Part shown: piece by piece, positions 58,318 to 64,000 of the stretch
Position numbering within the stretch: the first letter of the stretch is position 1
Layout of the letters: each line of letters starts with the position of its first letter
NCBI GenBank assembly: GCA_039190745.1
Contig: JBCCXZ010000001.1
Location: 85,620-149,619 of the forward strand
Reading direction: 5' to 3'
Source of the DNA: Planctomycetota bacterium
GTDB taxonomy: Bacteria; Planctomycetota; Planctomycetia; Pirellulales; Lacipirellulaceae
Length of the DNA stretch: 64,000 nucleotides
Position numbers and translations under genes: made by a program
Notes under the pieces: generated by a model
Seen by the model: only the letters and a program-made list of their open reading frames with translations
Told to the model about the DNA's origin: nothing
The model's database searches: none

Positions 58318-61036
58318 CGCCATGCTGTGGTTCTCTGCAAAGTCCCGGATCGCGTTCGGGCAGGTCTGCCTGCTTTCGAGCATCATCCTCCTGGCGATCG
58401 TGCTCGGCATCGTGCCAGACCGCCAGCAAGCGGTGCTCGAGGGCCGGGCGAGTTTGTGTGAGGCGGTAGCCATTCAGGCATCGATGCTTGTAGGCCCGCG
58501 TGGCGCCGAACGATTGCAATCGTTGCTGGATGCGGTGGTGCGGCGTAACGATGAACTGCTTTCGGTAGGACTGCGCCGAAGGGACGGCAGGCTCGTGGCC
58601 GCCGGGGGAGAGCACGCGGGTCATTGGCAACCGTTGTCGGACGAGCGTTCGCTCGACCGCCAGATCCAGGTCCCCATCCATTCCCGCGGCGGAGAGCAGC
58701 GGTGGGGAACGCTTGAGTTCTGCTTCGAACCGCTCCACGCCGAGGGCGCGTGGGCCCTGCTGGAGAACTCCTGGCTCCGACTCATCCTGTTCGTCGGCGC
58801 CCTCAGCGGGCTGCTCAACTACCACTACCTCGGCAAGATGCTGCAGCATCTCGACCCGTCGAAGACCGTCCCCGCGCGCGTGCGGTCGGCCCTGAACCGA
58901 CTGGCAGAAGGCCTGCTCGTGATCGACCGCCGAGGCTGCGTCGTGCTGGCGAACGATGCGCTAGCGGGGAACCTGGGCAGCACCTCCGACGAGCTCTTGG
59001 GCAACAAGGTTTCGTCGATCGAGTGGATCGAGTCGGACGGGAGGCTCGCCGAGGGGCCGTTCCCCTGGGAGATCGCGCAGGCCACCGGCGAGGCCCAACT
59101 GGGCGTGAGCATCGGACTGCAAACCGCCGACCGCGGGCGCGTCCGCTACATCGTCAACGCCACCCCCGTCCTCGATCAGCAGGGAAAGAGCCGCGGAGTC
59201 TTCGCGAGCTTCGACGACGTGACCCAACTCGAAGAGACCAAGATCGAGCTCGAGACGACCAAGGCCGAGGCCGAGGAGGCCAACAACGCCAAGAGCGAGT
59301 TCCTCGCCCGCATGAGCCACGAGATCCGCACGCCGATGAACGCCATCCTAGGGTTCACGGACGTGCTCCGCCGCGGCTTCGAAACCACCGAGCACGATCG
59401 GATCGACTACCTGAACACGATTCACTCAAGCGGCAAGCACCTGCTGCACCTGATCAACGACATCCTCGACCTCTCGAAGGTCGAAGCCGGCAAGCTCGAA
59501 CTCGAGCGGCGCGAGTGCAACGCCCTGCAGCTGATCGCCGAGGTCATTACCGTGATGCGGGCCAAGGCCGACGAGAAGTCGCTCGAACTCTCGCTCGAAA
59601 CCCCCAGCCCGGTTCCCGAAACTATTGTTACCGACCCTACCCGGCTGCGCCAGATCGTGACGAACCTCGTCGGGAACGCGATCAAATTCACCGAGCAGGG
59701 CGGTGTCCGGGTCACCCTCAGGCTCGCGGACGGGGAAGGGGCGCCGCTCTTGGCGATCGATGTCGCCGACACCGGCATCGGCATGTCGTCCGATGCGCAG
59801 CAACGCGTCTTCGACCCGTTCTCGCAGGCTGACGCTACCGTGACACGCCGTTTCGGGGGCACGGGCCTGGGGCTCTCGATCAGCAAGAGCTTCGCCGAGG
59901 CCCTCGGCGGGGCGATCACCGTCGAGAGCGAGCCGGGCCGCGGCACCACCTTCACGGCCTCGATAGCAACCGGGCCGATCGACAACGTACCGCGCGTGAC
60001 CGCGGAAGAGATCACCGCAAGGATCTCCCCCTCCGCCATCGGCGAGCGAAACGTGGTGAGCCTCCGGGGCGTCTCGGTTCTGGTTACCGACGACGGCGAG
60101 GCCAACCGGAAACTGGCGGGCTTGGTCCTTCGGCGCGCCGGGGCCTCCGTCGACGAAGCGTGCAACGGGGCCGAAGCGATTCAACGGATCGAGCAAGGCA
60201 GCTTCGACATCGTCCTGATGGACATGCAGATGCCCGTCATGGACGGCATGACCGCAACTGGTCGCCTCCGCGATGAAGGAGCCGAGCTCCCGATCATCGC
60301 CCTCACGGCGGACGCCATGAAGGGCACCGAACAGCGGTGCCTAGAAGCCGGATTCAGCGGCTACTTGACCAAACCGATCGACACCGACTTGCTGCTTAGC
60401 ACAATCGCCGATCAGCTCGGGATCGACGCCACGGGCAACGACGCATCGAAATCAGTGCAGACCGAAGACCTCGGCGAATCCCCTCGGAATCAAGCATTTA
60501 TTGCTTCGTTCTCCGAGTGGTACGCACGGAGCGGCATCGAACAAATCGCGGCCGAAGCACTGCGGATGCCTGGTCCCGAAGCCGAGCAGATTGCAAGTGT
60601 GTGTCAGACGCTCTCAGAAATAAGCTCGCTTCACCAAGCCGGAACCGCCCACGCTGAGCAAGGCACAGACTATGACCTGCGACCCGAACAGGCGGCGGGA
60701 GCGGATGTTGAGCCGCCCATCCTCTCAACGCTTCCGGTGGAAGACGACGAAATGCGGCAGATTGTCTGCGGCTGGACCGAGCGTCTTGGGGAACAACTCA
60801 CGGCGATGCAAAACGCAATTGACCGCAGCGACGCTGAGGAAACCGCAAGGCTGGCTCACTGGCTGAAGGGCTCGGCCGGGACGGTCGGCTTTTCAGACTT
60901 TACCGAGCCGGCCAAGCGACTGGAGAAGCACGCCAAACTCGCCGAGATGCAGCAGGCCGCTGAAGAGCTCAAAGTGATCGTGAGTTTGTCACAGAGGATC
61001 AGCCTGCCAAACACCGATACCGGGCTGCCACTTTAG
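58310..61036 (+). CDS. Hybrid sensor histidine kinase (TM-periplasmic-TM, PAS, HisKA, HATPase, REC, HPt)
   Basis: MSHEIRTPMN, NLVGNAIKFT, DTGIG, GGTGLGL, LMDMQMPVMDG, AHWLKGSAG; start GTG 58310 or ATG 58322. Confidence 0.95.
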   Translation: MNSAMLWFSAKSRIAFGQVCLLSSIILLAIVLGIVPDRQQAVLEGRASLCEAVAIQASMLVGPRGAERLQSLLDAVVRRNDELLSVGLRRRDGRLVAAGGEHAGHWQPLSDERSLDRQIQVPIHSRGGEQRWGTLEFCFEPLHAEGAWALLENSWLRLILFVGALSGLLNYHYLGKMLQHLDPSKTVPARVRSALNRLAEGLLVIDRRGCVVLANDALAGNLGSTSDELLGNKVSSIEWIESDGRLAEGPFPWEIAQATGEAQLGVSIGLQTADRGRVRYIVNATPVLDQQGKSRGVFASFDDVTQLEETKIELETTKAEAEEANNAKSEFLARMSHEIRTPMNAILGFTDVLRRGFETTEHDRIDYLNTIHSSGKHLLHLINDILDLSKVEAGKLELERRECNALQLIAEVITVMRAKADEKSLELSLETPSPVPETIVTDPTRLRQIVTNLVGNAIKFTEQGGVRVTLRLADGEGAPLLAIDVADTGIGMSSDAQQRVFDPFSQADATVTRRFGGTGLGLSISKSFAEALGGAITVESEPGRGTTFTASIATGPIDNVPRVTAEEITARISPSAIGERNVVSLRGVSVLVTDDGEANRKLAGLVLRRAGASVDEACNGAEAIQRIEQGSFDIVLMDMQMPVMDGMTATGRLRDEGAELPIIALTADAMKGTEQRCLEAGFSGYLTKPIDTDLLLSTIADQLGIDATGNDASKSVQTEDLGESPRNQAFIASFSEWYARSGIEQIAAEALRMPGPEAEQIASVCQTLSEISSLHQAGTAHAEQGTDYDLRPEQAAGADVEPPILSTLPVEDDEMRQIVCGWTERLGEQLTAMQNAIDRSDAEETARLAHWLKGSAGTVGFSDFTEPAKRLEKHAKLAEMQQAAEELKVIVSLSQRISLPNTDTGLPL

Positions 61037-61225
61037 AGTGCGGCTAGCCGCGATAAAGACCTGCCGCAATGTGAGTTGCAACGTCTACCCATGACCTAGG
61101 GTTTTGAAGTTTCCCAGGATGTCCAAGCACTTGCAATCGCTATTAAAGTTTGGCCTCGGGAAGCATTGGGCCTTGGGAAGCCAAAGCGATGCCGACAAGG
61201 CGGCGTCGACTAACAGCATGAGTGA

Positions 61226-62440
61226 GTGATTCCCCATAGCGTAATGATGGCGGTAATGAAAAGTACTTTAACATGGGGAACTCCCGCAATTCACAGCGGT
61301 GCGGGTGAGGAAGTCGCCGAGAGCCAAAGCGTGCTGGCTCCCACGCCAGACGGTGCCCCGTCCGGCAAGATCATGATCGTCGACGACGAGGAGTTCAACA
61401 TCCTGGTCGTACGCCGTTTCCTCCGTGAGGCCGGCTACTCGGAATTCGTAACGATCGTCGATCCCACCGAAGCGGTGGACACGGCCCGCTACGAGTCGCC
61501 CGACATCTTGCTCCTGGACATCGTGATGCCCGGGCTCAGCGGGCTCGAAGTTCTCCGGCAGCTCAAGTCCAACCCTCAACTGTCTCAGATCCCCGTCATC
61601 ATCCTCACGGCGTCGTCTGAGCAACCCGTCAAGCTGGAAGCGCTCGAACTCGGCGCGACCGATTTTCTCGCTAAACCGGTCGACCCCAGCGAACTCCGTC
61701 TCCGCGTCAAGAACACGCTCACGATCAAGGCTCAGCAGGACTACCTCGCGAACTACTCCACCGCGCTCGAGGAAGAGGTGCGGCAGCGTACGGCCGAGCT
61801 CGAAGACTCCCGGCGCGAGGTGGTTCACTGTCTGGCCCGCGCCGCGGAGTCACGCGACGAGCAAACAGGGCATCACATCGTGAGGGTCGGCCTGTACGCG
61901 GGCGTGATTGCAGAACAGCTTGGGTACTGCAGACGAGATGTCGAGATGCTGAAACTTGCGGCGCTGCTGCACGACGTCGGCAAGATCGGCGTGCCCGACG
62001 CGATCCTGCGGAAGCCCGGGAAGCTCGCCCCGCTCGAGTTCGAAGTGATGAAGGGGCACTGCGACCTCGGCAGTTCGATAATTCGGCCTTTACCAGTCGG
62101 AGGTTCTTCCGGCGCATCTCCCGCTTCTCCCGGGCACGCCAGCCCGCTGATGCGACTGGCCGCGGTGATTGCCGAGTCGCACCACGAGAAATGGGATGGC
62201 ACGGGCTACCCCAAGGGACTGAAGGGAGAAGCGATCCCCATGGAGGGGCGGATCGTGGCGGTGGCCGATGTGTTCGATGCGCTCACCAACAAGCGGCCGT
62301 ACAAGAAAGCGCTGCCGTTGGAAGAGACCCTCGAAATCATGGAACAGAGTCGGGGCACGCACTTCGACCCGATAGTGCTAGATGCTTTTCTCTCCCGTTT
62401 GCCTGACGTTATCCGCGTGAGTGACAAGTACAGCGACTAG
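61226..62440 (+). CDS. REC + HD-GYP c-di-GMP phosphodiesterase (RpfG-like)
   Basis: IVDDE, LLDIVMP; LHDVGKIG, HHEKWDGTGYP, VADVFDAL..RPYK; start uncertain. Confidence 0.94.
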   Translation: MIPHSVMMAVMKSTLTWGTPAIHSGAGEEVAESQSVLAPTPDGAPSGKIMIVDDEEFNILVVRRFLREAGYSEFVTIVDPTEAVDTARYESPDILLLDIVMPGLSGLEVLRQLKSNPQLSQIPVIILTASSEQPVKLEALELGATDFLAKPVDPSELRLRVKNTLTIKAQQDYLANYSTALEEEVRQRTAELEDSRREVVHCLARAAESRDEQTGHHIVRVGLYAGVIAEQLGYCRRDVEMLKLAALLHDVGKIGVPDAILRKPGKLAPLEFEVMKGHCDLGSSIIRPLPVGGSSGASPASPGHASPLMRLAAVIAESHHEKWDGTGYPKGLKGEAIPMEGRIVAVADVFDALTNKRPYKKALPLEETLEIMEQSRGTHFDPIVLDAFLSRLPDVIRVSDKYSD

Positions 62441-62543
62441 AAGCGTCGGGGCATTCTCTTCTACCGCCGCTTTTTTTGGTGAAAACCGCTCGCTCCGTTC
62501 GGTCGATTCCCCATCCAGAACCGACTCGAACCGGCCCCGCGCG

Positions 62544-63323
62544 ATGCTTAAGCGAGAGTTCGTCGACCGAGAAAACCTGATTGCGTATTGCCGAGAACAG
62601 TTCCCGGAGGCCGTGGCAGTCGACGATCACGTCTCAGAGACCCGCGGCGGCCTTGCCGAGGCGAGAGTGCGGCTCGCGGCTGTCGAGCCGGTCGCCTACG
62701 GACGCACACGCAACGCCCTTTCTGGCAGCGTCACCGGACTCTCGCCTTACCTCCGGCACGGAGTTCTAGGGCTCGCCGAAACCGTGCGGGCCGTGAAGCA
62801 GAGTGTCGGCTCGCCCGCGTCAGCGCAGAAGCTCCTCCAGGAGCTCGCGTGGCGTGATTACTACCGCCGCGTGCTCGACCATCTCGGCGACGGAGTCTGG
62901 GAGGACTGTGAGCCGTACAAGACCGGCTGGGACGCGGAGGACTACGCCGAGCAGATGCCCGAGGACGTAATCGCCGCGTCCACGGGCAAAGACTTCGTCG
63001 ACGGGGCCGTGGGCGAGCTCTACGAAACGGGGTACCTCCACAATCAACTGCGGATGAAGCTGGCCTCTTACCTCGTCCATTGGCGCCGCGTGCGTTGGCA
63101 GGCCGGCGCCGCGTGGATGTTCTCGCACTTGTTGGACGGCGACCTCGCCTCCAACAACCTCTCGTGGCAATGGGTCGCGAGCACGTTCGCCAGTAAGCCC
63201 TACATCTTCAATCAGGAGAACCTCATCAAGGTCACTGAGGGCCGCTACCGGGGCGTCGACGCGGACGGCACCTCGCCTTTCGCGGGCACTTACGACGAAC
63301 TCGGCGCGAGGCTCTTTCGATGA
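62544..63323 (+). CDS. Stand-alone photolyase FAD-binding/catalytic domain
   Basis: YGRTRN, VTGLSPYLRHG, QELAWRDY, TGYLHNQLRMKLASY, LLDGDLASNNLSWQWVAST. Confidence 0.88.
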   Translation: MLKREFVDRENLIAYCREQFPEAVAVDDHVSETRGGLAEARVRLAAVEPVAYGRTRNALSGSVTGLSPYLRHGVLGLAETVRAVKQSVGSPASAQKLLQELAWRDYYRRVLDHLGDGVWEDCEPYKTGWDAEDYAEQMPEDVIAASTGKDFVDGAVGELYETGYLHNQLRMKLASYLVHWRRVRWQAGAAWMFSHLLDGDLASNNLSWQWVASTFASKPYIFNQENLIKVTEGRYRGVDADGTSPFAGTYDELGARLFR

Positions 63324-63733
63324 CCAATGCTCCCGCAAACGCGGTTCTCTGGGTTCACGACGAGATGCTCTCACCTCAATGGCTCGTCGAAGACCGGCCG
63401 GCCGTTTTTGTGTTCGACGAAGACTGGATCCGGGACGAACGTTTGTCGCTTAAACGGATAGTCTTCCTGTACGAGTGCCTGCTCGAGATGCCGGGCGTAG
63501 AGGTCCGCAAGGGCCGCGTCGAGCAGGAGGTGCAGGCCTTTGCAGACCGGCACGGGGCCGACACGATCTATACCGCCAGCAGCCCGCTTCCTCGGATCAA
63601 ACGCCAGGGCGTCTCGCTCAGCGTCGAGTGGATCCCTCCGGAGGAAATCGTCAGCCTGCCGGCGGAGACCGATCTAAAGAGGTTCAGCCGCTACTGGCGC
63701 CGTGCCGAGAAGCAGGTGCTCCGGCCTGAGTAA
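63320..63733 (+). CDS. Small Rossmann-like protein resembling the photolyase antenna domain
   Basis: VLWVHDEML, PAVFVFD, SLKRIVFLYECL, KRFSRYWRRA; ATGA overlap. Confidence 0.7.
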   Translation: MTNAPANAVLWVHDEMLSPQWLVEDRPAVFVFDEDWIRDERLSLKRIVFLYECLLEMPGVEVRKGRVEQEVQAFADRHGADTIYTASSPLPRIKRQGVSLSVEWIPPEEIVSLPAETDLKRFSRYWRRAEKQVLRPE

Positions 63734-63739
63734 GGCCAC

Positions 63740-64000
63740 TCAGGTAGCCGCCGGCTGGAGCGGCCGCAGGCTCGCACGCGTATCGGCGATGCCGATCTCG
63801 CGCCGCTCTCGACCGAGGAAACAGTTGACGGTCTCGAATCCGCACTCGGCGAGCAGGTCGAGCGCGTCCTCGAACCGGTCGGCGACCCGCTCGGGGCAGT
63901 GCGCGTCGGCGCCGATCACCACCGGGATACTGCGGGCTGACATCTCCCGCAGCATCGCCGGGAAGGGGTTCATCTCCTGGATCGCCTTGTTCAATCCCGA
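63740..64000 (-). CDS. PHP-family (HisJ-type) histidinol-phosphatase, 3' part only
   Basis: SGLNKAIQEMNP, IPVVIGADAHCPERV. Confidence 0.75.
   Translation of the reverse strand, partial: SGLNKAIQEMNPFPAMLREMSARSIPVVIGADAHCPERVADRFEDALDLLAECGFETVNCFLGRERREIGIADTRASLRPLQPAAT

Noticed and set aside
46287..64000. Intact integrative element at tRNA-Met
   Set aside because: No integrase, transposase or duplicated tRNA 3' end seen

Overview
GC-rich bacterial DNA. Gene content (mch, RimK-like and CitG-like C1/H4MPT genes, Ole enzymes, LEPR-XLL protein, RFxLR-type leaders, many intergenic palindromes) points to a planctomycete, probably Pirellulales; this is an inference. Positions 1-46.4 kb are mostly housekeeping: Nif3, sugar ABC transporter, der, family-4 UDG, hemW, nrdR, rpoN, ybaB, dnaX, SRP RNA, cheX, fliG, mutS, aspS, flotillin/NfeD and three tRNAs. 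Also there are a small toxin-antitoxin + AbiJ-like insert, scattered oleB/C/D and H4MPT genes, and two reading frames broken by single in-frame stops. The most notable part lies after tRNA-Met (46.5-62.4 kb). It is an operon for TolC, an MFP, a GAF-like MFP and an M50 (site-2) protease-MFP fusion, with no ABC or RND pump. It is divergent from a 1624-aa adhesin-like gene with no signal peptide (LEPR-XLL, YWTD propeller, six 109-aa cadherin/CSPG repeats, hydrophobic C-terminal tail). That gene overlaps a hybrid histidine kinase, followed by an HD-GYP regulator. This looks like a poorly characterised, protease-coupled type I-like secretion system under c-di-GMP control. The window ends with a split, domain-inverted photolyase and a partial PHP phosphatase. 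All calls come from reading motifs; no searches were run.
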